Assembly (NCBI GenBank): GCA_016186205.1
Contig: JACPMA010000017.1
Coordinates: 56,777-120,776, forward strand
Reading direction: 5' to 3'
Length of the DNA: 64,000 nt
From: Candidatus Peregrinibacteria bacterium
Lineage (GTDB): Bacteria > Patescibacteriota > Gracilibacteria > UBA1369 > UM-FILTER-53-11
Positions 1 through 8,782 of this stretch are shown here, one piece after another. The number at the start of each line of letters is the position of its first letter. The first letter of the stretch is position 1. The position numbers and the translations under genes were made by a program. A model generated the notes under the pieces. The model ran no database searches. It was not told the DNA's origin and saw nothing but the letters and a program-made list of their open reading frames with translations.

Positions 1-2248
1 GACTGCCGCCTAAAATAACTACTCCGGTATCTGGAAATGACGGATATTCTCCGCTTCTTAGTCTGACATTTTTAACCGTCATCAATCTCTTTGCCGCTTC
101 TCCGCCGAGCAATTGTTCCAAGGCGCCTCTCATGAGAGGATTTGTGAAACAGTCGCCGAATTCAACAAGGGTGAGCGGCGGCTGGCCTCCTGTCCGCTCA
201 CAAATTTCTTCAAGGGTTGCAACAAGATTTCTTTGTTCATCCTGCAAATCGACTAGACGCGGAATGCGCGAATTTCTAGGCAGTTCATTTACGGGAATAC
301 GGCGTTTTTTATGAATTCCTTCGCCATCCTTTCCTCTTAGAGGGAAAGTTTCGGTGCTGAACTCCGGATCATTATTTAATAGAATGGCGCCTCCTTCCAT
401 TGCTCGCACTCGGTTTCGAACTTTCTTTATTTCCGAATTTACCAAACCGACTGCGTTCAAACGGCAAGCTTCCCATAGCGGAGCACCAACCTCTCCCGCG
501 CTGGCATTGCGCCATTGATCAGTGCCAAAAATACTTCTTTCCAAAAGATCGTCAACTTCTCGATGAACGCCTTGAAATTCAAATCTGCCGCGTCTTATTT
601 TTAGCGCCCTGTCTGCTTCAGAGTCGCCGGTAATTAAAGTCGAATCGATAAGAATTCTCCGAAGTTCTCCCATGATTTGGCTTCGAAGAACCCGTTCAGG
701 CCAAGATGTAGCATACTCATCGATAGGTACGCCGGAACACCCTGAACGCAATAATTCCGCTTTCTCGGCTGCATTGAAAAAAGCGAATGAACCATCTTCT
801 CCTGCTATGCATCGTTGCACGAGAATTGACCTTGGTCCCGCGGCAGAGCAAATCACTTCAACTCGATATTGCGGTCCGAGTTTTTGTTGAAGCCTTTGCC
901 AAATCTCTATGCGTTCGTAGCGGGTATATGACTCACGCATGCCGTCATCTAAAATAATGCCTCCCGGTTTAAGTCGGCGGCAAAAAGATTCCATGAGAGT
1001 TTCATATGCTGCATCTTCAAGATGAGAAGAAGCTCGAAAACAATTCACCATGTCCAAGAGCGGTTTTTCTTCCACTAATTGACCAAACTCTTCAAATTTT
1101 CCAAGAATGACATGGTGGGGCCAGATTGTTATGTGCTGGGCTAAATCGGTCGGTTGCTCCTTCGGTTTTTTTATTGGATCCCAGAATTCAGGCGTGAAAT
1201 ATTTTTTTACAAACTCTGCGCCGGACTTTGAAGATTCTGCCCCCTTTTTTTCGCCAGCAAAAAGCGATTGAATAAGCGCTCGGCATTCTGGCGAAATATC
1301 CATATCCGTGTCGCGAATAAATTCTCCGTCAGCCTTGATCTTTTTAAGACCGATGAGATTCGGGAGGTAGCCGGGAAGCCCGAGAAGAATACTCCTGATG
1401 TAGTTTGGATCCATTTGAAGCAGGCATAGTCTTTGCAGCAATTTCGATGGATCGTTATTGAACTCTTTTGAATAATGGAGGCGCCGCAGTAAGAGGGTGC
1501 AGATAATATGAATTAATTCATGAACAGCTCCGTCCTTTTTATATTCATCCTTCAGAAAGGTTGTCATGAGATCTTCCAACGTATAATAAATTCGATCGGC
1601 ATAGCCGATTTCCGTAAAGTAATCAATAAGTCTTCTTCCGTTTCCAAAAGGGTCAGTGCGGTCTCTGCGCAAACGTTCCAGCATTACGCCGGTGCCACAA
1701 CCGGCGTGGAGATGAACGAGCTTTCCTTCGCGGATAGGAGCTGTCGTAGCAAGCTGGCCGTTTCGACGATGAAATCTTAATAAAATAGCCTCTGCCTGTG
1801 CGAGAGAAGCGACCCCAAAACCTTCTGAAATTTCATCCTCTCGATTTACGCTCCAGTCTCCCTGGGTTAGCATTTCTGCTATTCCGAGTTTTAAATAAAG
1901 CGCCTTTATTCCCATTTGATTTGATGAATTCCGGAGGTACGCTTCACGTTCTTCATAATGCGCGCCGTCATATCTCATTTGTCCTAAAGCTCTGCGTTCG
2001 TCATCAAGAAGACGCATAAGAGCTTTTGCGGTCGGTTTTCCTCTGTGTTTTATTTTTCCGGTCCTTTCATCGGTATAACTTTCACCCGGATCAGCTGCGG
2101 TAGCTATTGCTTTTATACGATGATATTCGATATCAGTTAAATCGCGCGGATTTGCGAACAGTCGAACATCAGGAGTTCTTTCGTGTCCCCCTAAATCTTT
2201 TAATTCAACCGTGCGTATATGGTCTGGTTGGTCTGGCCGATCTGGCAT
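1..2248 (-). CDS. Large protein (>749 aa, runs off the window edge): split class I SAM-methyltransferase-like region followed by the start of a type-1 glutamine amidotransferase-like domain
   Basis: Translated by hand: open frame from ATG 2248 (MPDRPDQPDH...) to the window edge with no stop. Motifs: HAGCGTG, LDMVNCFRASSHL...RLKPGG, LVEFGDCFTNPL, GVVILGGS. Not in the ORF track because it has no stop in the window. Confidence 0.7.
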   Translation of the reverse strand, partial: MPDRPDQPDHIRTVELKDLGGHERTPDVRLFANPRDLTDIEYHRIKAIATAADPGESYTDERTGKIKHRGKPTAKALMRLLDDERRALGQMRYDGAHYEEREAYLRNSSNQMGIKALYLKLGIAEMLTQGDWSVNREDEISEGFGVASLAQAEAILLRFHRRNGQLATTAPIREGKLVHLHAGCGTGVMLERLRRDRTDPFGNGRRLIDYFTEIGYADRIYYTLEDLMTTFLKDEYKKDGAVHELIHIICTLLLRRLHYSKEFNNDPSKLLQRLCLLQMDPNYIRSILLGLPGYLPNLIGLKKIKADGEFIRDTDMDISPECRALIQSLFAGEKKGAESSKSGAEFVKKYFTPEFWDPIKKPKEQPTDLAQHITIWPHHVILGKFEEFGQLVEEKPLLDMVNCFRASSHLEDAAYETLMESFCRRLKPGGIILDDGMRESYTRYERIEIWQRLQQKLGPQYRVEVICSAAGPRSILVQRCIAGEDGSFAFFNAAEKAELLRSGCSGVPIDEYATSWPERVLRSQIMGELRRILIDSTLITGDSEADRALKIRRGRFEFQGVHREVDDLLERSIFGTDQWRNASAGEVGAPLWEACRLNAVGLVNSEIKKVRNRVRAMEGGAILLNNDPEFSTETFPLRGKDGEGIHKKRRIPVNELPRNSRIPRLVDLQDEQRNLVATLEEICERTGGQPPLTLVEFGDCFTNPLMRGALEQLLGGEAAKRLMTVKNVRLRSGEYPSFPDTGVVILGGS

Positions 2249-2345
2249 GGAGGCGTAAAATACACCACAAACATGAATATGTCAAAGAGGGCCTTTATCC
2301 TAATCTGTAAGCCCTCTTTTTAATCTTGCCGATAGAAGAGTTAGT

Positions 2346-3026
2346 TTACCCCGCGTGCCTCTTCAAAAACCCAAAATGGTACACAAATCCTGCTACTAGC
2401 GCGCCGATCACCGGGCCGACCCAGTAAATGTAGTGCGTTCCCCAGTGAGAGCTCACGAGCGCCGGTCCGAAAGATCTTGCCGGATTTAAAGCTGCCATCG
2501 TGAAACTGCCGCCGATCATAACTCCAACCGCAAATACAAGTCCGACGCAAAGTCCGCCGAATCCTCCGGTAGCTCTTTTATCAACGAGCGTTGCAAATAC
2601 TGTCCAGACTAGGAAGAATGTGAGAATCGCTTCCACTAAAATTCCCATGCCCGGCGTAGTTCCTGGAAGGAGCATTGTGTCGCCAAGAAAATATTGCGGC
2701 GAGACGCCGACAAAAACCACTTTCAAAAAAAGCGCCGCTACGACCGATCCGACGAGCTGCGCCAGAATGTATCCGACTGCCATGAGCGTTTTTACATGGC
2801 CGGTAGCCCATAAAGCTACAGTCACCGCCGGATTTACATGAGCGCCGGAAATATGCCATGCGCTATAAATTATTGCCGTGAGCGCAAGGCCGTGCGCGAG
2901 CGCAATGCCGACAGTGCCTAGCCCGCCAGCAGTTTTCCAGTTAGCCAGAACGGATCCGGCTGCTATGAAGACGAACGCAAAAGTCGCGAACGCTTCCGTG
3001 AGATATTTTTGCCAATTATCCTGCAT
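2346..3026 (-). CDS. Aquaporin / MIP family channel
   Basis: Two NPA motifs (SGAHVNPAVT, LNPARSFGPA) and six hydrophobic helices. Confidence 0.95.
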   Translation of the reverse strand: MQDNWQKYLTEAFATFAFVFIAAGSVLANWKTAGGLGTVGIALAHGLALTAIIYSAWHISGAHVNPAVTVALWATGHVKTLMAVGYILAQLVGSVVAALFLKVVFVGVSPQYFLGDTMLLPGTTPGMGILVEAILTFFLVWTVFATLVDKRATGGFGGLCVGLVFAVGVMIGGSFTMAALNPARSFGPALVSSHWGTHYIYWVGPVIGALVAGFVYHFGFLKRHAG

Positions 3027-3117
3027 AGGAATATTTGGTTAGGAAATAAAAATAAGCATTTCAAAAATTACTCACAGAATATAACTTTTATGTTTTTTTG
3101 TCAAAAGACGTGAGACA

Positions 3118-4431
3118 TCAAAAGACGCGTCGGCCGGCGATGTATGTTTTTCGGACAATTGCTTCTAAATCCGCCTGGCTGCCTGCAAAAATTTCCGCCA
3201 AGAGATGATTGGGGTTTGCATATGCGCGCGTTCCAGGACTTCCTAGAACAGCAAAAGTTGCTTCTTTATCGCGATTGAGATTTCCGGCAACACGATCAAC
3301 GCCGAGAATTTCTGCGCCTGCGAGCGTTCCGCGGTAAAGGGCTTCGGTTTCAGAAACATCAGCGTGGCCAGCATGCACGCGGTTATATGCTTGCATAACA
3401 TGAAGCATACTTAAACTCGGACCGGCGCCGACATCGGAACCAAGCGCATACAAAATGCCGCGTTCGCGAATTCGTTCAACCGGCATGCGTCCGCTGCCAA
3501 GCGCTTCATTTGAAGTCGGGCAGTGCGCAACGCATGTGCCGGTTTGCGCAAGTACATCAAGTTCTTCGTCCGAAGCATGAATAACATGCGCCATTATTGT
3601 GTGGCGTCCAAGCAATCCAGCGCGCGCATAGACATCGGTATAACTTTTTGCATCCGGAAAGAGCCGCCGTACCAATTCCACTTCATCGTGTTCAGTTCCG
3701 TCATGATTTTCGCTTAAGTGGGTTTGAACCCATACATTTCTCTGTTTTGCAATTCTACCAGCTGCCTTTAGCACTTCTGCGCTGCACGAAGGCGCAAAAC
3801 GCGGAGTAACGGCGTAACTTCCGCCGAATTCTTCCGCAAATCTATCCGTCATAGCCAAAGCTTCTTCCGGATCCTGTTTTAGGTATGGAGGAAAATCGCT
3901 CGTCATGATCACGTTTCCAATAACCATGCGTCCCGCAGCGTGTTGAAATGCCGCGCGTAAAGCGCTTTCATGAACAGAAGAATAAACAGCAGCTACTGTT
4001 GTGCCATGCCTTGCAAGTTCATCAAAAAAAGTTTGTGCCCGCGCATCGGCTAACTGGGCATCTGCATAACGGTGTTCTTCCGGCCAAATATGTTCTTCAA
4101 GCCATGGCATGAGAGAATTGCGAAATCTTCCACGCACTTCATTTTGCACCCAGTGAACATGAAGATCGTTCATGCCTGGAATAATAGTAGGCCGTTCGCC
4201 ATGTTTAGTTTCATCTATTACCTCATAGCGATCGGCAAAAGCTACTGCAAGAAGTGTGAAATCGCCGACTGCCGCTACAGTGCCATCCGCGCGTACTGCC
4301 AGTCCGCCGTCTTCATGGTAATCGCAATCATTCGGACCTTGCGGGTTAACTATTCTGGCGCGATGAACAGCTTTTATCGGCGGAGGAAATGCTTCCATTC
4401 CCCGCAGCTGCGGTGCATTCGGAAAATTCAT
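3118..4431 (-). CDS. guaD: Guanine deaminase (amidohydrolase superfamily); start uncertain
   Basis: DLHVHWVQ, VTPRFAPSCS, QTHLSEN, HCPTSN..LGSG and GSDVGAG motifs. Confidence 0.85.
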   Translation of the reverse strand: MNFPNAPQLRGMEAFPPPIKAVHRARIVNPQGPNDCDYHEDGGLAVRADGTVAAVGDFTLLAVAFADRYEVIDETKHGERPTIIPGMNDLHVHWVQNEVRGRFRNSLMPWLEEHIWPEEHRYADAQLADARAQTFFDELARHGTTVAAVYSSVHESALRAAFQHAAGRMVIGNVIMTSDFPPYLKQDPEEALAMTDRFAEEFGGSYAVTPRFAPSCSAEVLKAAGRIAKQRNVWVQTHLSENHDGTEHDEVELVRRLFPDAKSYTDVYARAGLLGRHTIMAHVIHASDEELDVLAQTGTCVAHCPTSNEALGSGRMPVERIRERGILYALGSDVGAGPSLSMLHVMQAYNRVHAGHADVSETEALYRGTLAGAEILGVDRVAGNLNRDKEATFAVLGSPGTRAYANPNHLLAEIFAGSQADLEAIVRKTYIAGRRVF

Positions 4432-4453
4432 TGGCCAGCAATGTACCAAAAAC

Positions 4454-5566
4454 CTACAACCCGAGCAATACCGCCGCAATCCACGGAAATGCCACGGTTA
4501 CGTCGCTCTGGATAATTTGGTAGTAACTTTTTGTCGAGAGTTTGTCCCAGGTGATTTTTTCTTTTCCGCCGGCGCCGGAATAGGAGCCGTATGACATTGG
4601 GGAGGAGCCGATTTCAATGAAGCCGGCCCAGTCGCGCACCTTAGGGAATTGGAGGTCGTGTTTGAGCGACGGTACGATACAAATTGGAAAATCGGCCGCA
4701 ATGCCGCCGCCAAGCTGCAGAAAAGCGATCGAATGATTTTTTGCTGTTTCCATATACCAATCGTACATGTATGTGAAGTATTCGAGGCCGCTTTTCATAA
4801 TATTTTGGTCGAGCACCGGCCCCCCGCCTGTGCGATATTTGCCGCTGTATGTGTAGCTCGCAAAAATATTTCCCATAGTTGAGTCTTCAAACCCCGGAAT
4901 CACCACTGGAATATTTTTTTTGTATGCCGCGTATGCCCAGCAGTCATTTTCGTTCGCAGCCGGATCCGGCTTTATGAGTTTTTCTTTAAAAAGCCGCCTG
5001 AAATATTCATGCGGAAAATAGCGTTCGCCTTTTTTCTGCGCTTGCTGCCACATTTTGAGCAAGTGCGGCTCCATAATTCGGACGCTTTCATCTTCCGGCA
5101 AAAATGTGTCTGTGATGCGGCGCAGCCCTGCATCGCGAAGCTCGGCTTCTTGCTCCGGAGTTAGTTCGGTATAGCGCGGGATGTATGCGTAGTGGGAGTG
5201 GGCGACGTATCGGTAATAGGATTCTTCGTGGTTCGCGGCAGTTGCGGAAATCAAATGCACTTTATTTTTTCGGATGAGTTCGGCGAGCATCACGCCGACT
5301 TGAAATGAGCTTAAGGCGCCCGCGATCGTGACTGCCAATTTTCCTCCGCGGTCTAAATGATTTTTTAGCCAGAGCGCGGCCTGATAGGTTGCTCCGCCGT
5401 TGCAATGATTGAGGGTGCGCTCGGCAAACGCTGATACAGGCGTTTTACTTTTTGCCACATACGCGCCGAGCGTGCCGCTCGCTCCTTTTCCAGCGCCGGC
5501 ACCGTTATGAATTACAATATGTTTTTTGAGGCCCGGCGAGAGTCGGCTGAATTTCGTCTTTTGCAT
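4454..5566 (-). CDS. Deoxyhypusine synthase-like protein (SpeY-type, putative homospermidine synthase)
   Basis: ISATAANHEE, PGFEDSTMGN, GGGIAADFPIC, SYGSYSGA and EKITWDK (catalytic-Lys segment). Start reassigned to MQKTKF at 5566. Confidence 0.85.
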   Translation of the reverse strand: MQKTKFSRLSPGLKKHIVIHNGAGAGKGASGTLGAYVAKSKTPVSAFAERTLNHCNGGATYQAALWLKNHLDRGGKLAVTIAGALSSFQVGVMLAELIRKNKVHLISATAANHEESYYRYVAHSHYAYIPRYTELTPEQEAELRDAGLRRITDTFLPEDESVRIMEPHLLKMWQQAQKKGERYFPHEYFRRLFKEKLIKPDPAANENDCWAYAAYKKNIPVVIPGFEDSTMGNIFASYTYSGKYRTGGGPVLDQNIMKSGLEYFTYMYDWYMETAKNHSIAFLQLGGGIAADFPICIVPSLKHDLQFPKVRDWAGFIEIGSSPMSYGSYSGAGGKEKITWDKLSTKSYYQIIQSDVTVAFPWIAAVLLGL

Positions 5567-5640
5567 GTGTATATAGTAATATCTGTATGCAGAATGAACA
5601 ACCTTTAATAAAAAGGCTCGCCCGCAGCGGGCTCGCCTAT

Positions 5641-6489
5641 ATGAAAAAAATTGTAAAAATCGGCCTAGTTCAAATGGCTTGCAGTAAAGATGCGGATGCA
5701 AATCTTAAAAAAGCTGTTGCCGGAATTGAAGATTGCGCTTCGCGCGGCGCGCAAATCATCTGCCTGCCGGAACTTTTTTTGAATCCTTATTTTTGCCAAG
5801 GACCGAAAGACGATCATTATTTTGATTTGGCGGAAAAGATTCCCGGCCCAACTACGGATGCGCTCGCTAAACTCGCTCAAAAAACAAAAACCGTAATTCT
5901 ATGCCCTTTATTTGAAAAAACAGCTGCAGGAAAATTTTTCAATTCCATTGCAGTGTTGAATACAGACGGAAAATTTCTCGGCACATACCGCAAAATGCAT
6001 ATTCCGTCGTTGCCGCCGGATTTTTATGCAGAAGATTATTATTTTGAAAAAGGGGAGGAGGGTTTTAAAGTTTTCGATACGGCCTACGCAAAAATTGGGC
6101 CTATGATTTGTTATGATCAATGGTTTCCGGAAGGGGCAAGAATCGCTGCAGCAAAAGGCGCGCAGATTTTATTTTATCCGACAGCCATCGGATGGCCGGT
6201 AAATCAATCGCAGGAAAAAAGCTCTGCTGAACATGAAGCATGGCAAATCACGCAGCGCAGTCACGGCATCGATAATAATGTATTTGTTTGCGCCGCGAAT
6301 CGAGTTGGCCGCGAAGGAGATTTAAAATTCTGGGGTACTTCTTTTGTGAGTGATCCCTATGGTCGGGTTTTAGCAAAAGCTTCGATTGACCACGAAGAAA
6401 ATCTCGTAGTTGCGTGCGATCTTTCGCTTATTGATGAGATGCGCAAGGAGTGGCCGTTTTTGGAAGAGAGACGCATTAAGTTAGCCTGA
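5641..6489 (+). CDS. aguB: N-carbamoylputrescine amidase (nitrilase / C-N hydrolase family)
   Basis: E-K-C triad context (LPELF, YRKMHIP, ICYDQWFPE), YPTAIGW, and proximity to agmatine deiminase. Start taken at MKKIVKIG. Confidence 0.85.
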   Translation: MKKIVKIGLVQMACSKDADANLKKAVAGIEDCASRGAQIICLPELFLNPYFCQGPKDDHYFDLAEKIPGPTTDALAKLAQKTKTVILCPLFEKTAAGKFFNSIAVLNTDGKFLGTYRKMHIPSLPPDFYAEDYYFEKGEEGFKVFDTAYAKIGPMICYDQWFPEGARIAAAKGAQILFYPTAIGWPVNQSQEKSSAEHEAWQITQRSHGIDNNVFVCAANRVGREGDLKFWGTSFVSDPYGRVLAKASIDHEENLVVACDLSLIDEMRKEWPFLEERRIKLA

Positions 6490-7012
6490 ATCCGATTGAC
6501 TGTTTCGGTTTTTCTTCGACCGCCAATAATTTTTTAATGACGTCAAAGATTATACGAAACTGTTTATCGTATCTTTTTTCTAGCTTCTCAATTTTTTCCT
6601 TGAGTTCTCGGTGGGTTGCGAGCATTTCCCTAAGTTTTGTAAAAGTGCGCATAATTTGGATATTAACTTGGATCGCGCGTTCGCTATTGAGTACGCTAGA
6701 TAACATAGCTACACCCTGTTCAGTAAATGCGTAGGCATGATATCTTCTGCCTCCGTAACTTGAGGTCACAATTTGTGACCTCAAGTTTGAGGTCGCCATA
6801 TATAATGACCAAATTTTCATTTCTCTATTATTTAGCCGAAACATAAAATCGGCCGGGAATCGTTTTATATTCCTCCGAACAGCCTGGTTTAACGCCTTTG
6901 TCTTGACGTCATATAAAGCGGCTAGATGATTGTCGAGTATTACTTTCTTTCCCCGAATCAAAAATATCTTCCTCTCTATTCTTGCATGCGGTAGTGTTAT
7001 GGCGCGCGTCAT
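6476..7012 (-). CDS. ORF6N-domain DNA-binding protein
   Basis: IRGKKVILD..LAALY.V.TK.LNQAVRRN..RFP.DFMF; AFTEQGVAMLSSVLNS.RAI.VNIQIMRTF; C-terminal IGF. Confidence 0.9.
   Translation of the reverse strand: MTRAITLPHARIERKIFLIRGKKVILDNHLAALYDVKTKALNQAVRRNIKRFPADFMFRLNNREMKIWSLYMATSNLRSQIVTSSYGGRRYHAYAFTEQGVAMLSSVLNSERAIQVNIQIMRTFTKLREMLATHRELKEKIEKLEKRYDKQFRIIFDVIKKLLAVEEKPKQSIGFRLT
6757..6787. repeat. Perfect 15-bp inverted repeat (1-nt spacer) inside the ORF6N gene
   Basis: AACTTGAGGTCACAA-T-TTGTGACCTCAAGTT. Confidence 0.9.
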
Positions 7013-7073
7013 AGAATACCAGGCAGTATATCAAAACAAGATGAAATTTCTCTAAACTTTTCATGAACTTTTT

Positions 7074-8090
7074 ATGACATATCAGATGCCCGCCGAGCGG
7101 GAGCCGCATATCGGTACGTGGCTCGCATGGCCGCATAATAAGGAACATTGGCCTGGAAAATTTGAACCAATTCCGCGCGTTTATTGTGAAATTGTTCGTG
7201 CGCTTCTGCAGGGCGGCGAGCGCGTTTTTATATGCGTGAATGATGAAAAAATGGGACGTGAGGCACGCGATATTTTGGCTTTGTCCAAGGAAGAACAAGA
7301 AGCCGTGCAATTTTTTCATATACCAACTGATGCAAGCTGGTCGCGCGACCACGGTCCGATTTTTGTACGCGATGCATCCGGCAAACTTGTTATCACCAAC
7401 TGGATTTTTAACGCGTGGGGAGGGAAGTATCCGCCTTGGGATAAAGACGACACAGTTCCGCAGAAAATTTCAGAGCAGTTAAAAATTCCAGTAATTCAGC
7501 CTGGCATTGTTTTGGAAGGAGGTTCGATTGACGTGAATGGAAGGGGGACGCTTCTCACCACCGAACAATGTCTTCTTAATAAAAATCGAAACCCCGATTT
7601 GAGCCGCGAGCAAATTGAAAAATATCTTCACGATTTTCTCGGCGCCAGTCATATTTTATGGCTACGCGAAGGCATTATCGGAGATGATACTGACGGTCAC
7701 ATTGATGATATTGCGCGTTTTGTAGATGAAAAAATCGTTGTGTGCGCCGTGGAGCAAAATCCAGAAGATGAAAATTATACAATCCTTCAGAAAAATTTTG
7801 AGGATCTAAAAAAAATGAAAGACCAAGACGGCGCGCCGTTACACATCGTTCAAATTCCCATGCCGGACCCAGTAATATATGAAGGCCAGCGCCTTCCTGC
7901 AAGCTATGCTAATTTTTACATAGCCAACAAAGCCGTGCTCGTACCGACGTTCAACTGTAAAAAAGACGAAGAAGCGCTTAAAATTTTCACCAAACTTTTT
8001 CCAACGCGAAAAATAATCGGCATCAACTGCATCGATTTAGTTTGGGGACTCGGAACTATCCATTGTTCAACTCAGCAGCAGCCCATCTAA
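7074..8090 (+). CDS. aguA: Agmatine deiminase
   Basis: WSRDHGP, LEGGSIDVNG.GT, DDTDGHIDD, PASYANF, GLGTIHCSTQQQP. Confidence 0.95.
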   Translation: MTYQMPAEREPHIGTWLAWPHNKEHWPGKFEPIPRVYCEIVRALLQGGERVFICVNDEKMGREARDILALSKEEQEAVQFFHIPTDASWSRDHGPIFVRDASGKLVITNWIFNAWGGKYPPWDKDDTVPQKISEQLKIPVIQPGIVLEGGSIDVNGRGTLLTTEQCLLNKNRNPDLSREQIEKYLHDFLGASHILWLREGIIGDDTDGHIDDIARFVDEKIVVCAVEQNPEDENYTILQKNFEDLKKMKDQDGAPLHIVQIPMPDPVIYEGQRLPASYANFYIANKAVLVPTFNCKKDEEALKIFTKLFPTRKIIGINCIDLVWGLGTIHCSTQQQPI

Positions 8091-8722
8091 TTTGATGTCA
8101 GCACAGCATCCGGAGATTGTAACGCAACACGGCCTGCAGCATCCTCGACTCCTAGAGAATTCATAACAAGTGCGCGAAAGTTTTTGAGGAAAGCGGCGAT
8201 ACCGGGTGATCGTTGAATGGGTTTTGGCTTAATGCTCCGCGCTTTTAGTAAGTCCTGCAACGCTCGCAGTAATACATCAGCATCTCCTGTGAGCGCCGCT
8301 TGCACAAGAGAAAAAAGCGGCGATTGTCGAGTCACATGCGGCACAACATGCATTGTTACATTAAAAATACGCTGCGCCGGTTCATCGCTCCTGTCGAACG
8401 CGCTTAGCAAAATGGTGAAGAGTTGCCGCTCTTCCCCGGAAAAAAGATCCGCAACATTATCAGCTATGGTTTCTGTTGCAAGCATTTCATCAACTTCGTG
8501 GAGCATGGCTAAAAGCATTTCCGGCATAACTTCCATATCAGGCGGAAGATTTAATCCTGCAGGCGCATCTGGAAAAAGTTCATGGTGACGTCTGTTCATT
8601 GCACTCCAGATTGCATTAGAAACACCGGCTAAAATTCTTGCAGTATAATCGTCCTGCACATTACAGTGGCGATCTTTCCATTCGTCGCAAGCGTCGATCA
8701 ATTCGCCATACCGAAGAACCAT
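8087..8722 (-). CDS. Hypothetical helical protein
   Basis: 211-aa ORF filling the gap between aguA and the helicase; no motif recognised. Confidence 0.6.
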   Translation of the reverse strand: MVLRYGELIDACDEWKDRHCNVQDDYTARILAGVSNAIWSAMNRRHHELFPDAPAGLNLPPDMEVMPEMLLAMLHEVDEMLATETIADNVADLFSGEERQLFTILLSAFDRSDEPAQRIFNVTMHVVPHVTRQSPLFSLVQAALTGDADVLLRALQDLLKARSIKPKPIQRSPGIAAFLKNFRALVMNSLGVEDAAGRVALQSPDAVLTSN

Positions 8723-8782
8723 AGCTTATATTATATATTTTCTTGTCCTCTTGGCAACTTCTGATATTATGTTCCTGTTTTT

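Noticed and set aside
132-2310. Short plus-strand ORFs in the track
   Set aside because: They are antisense shadows of the long minus-strand ORF 1-2248.
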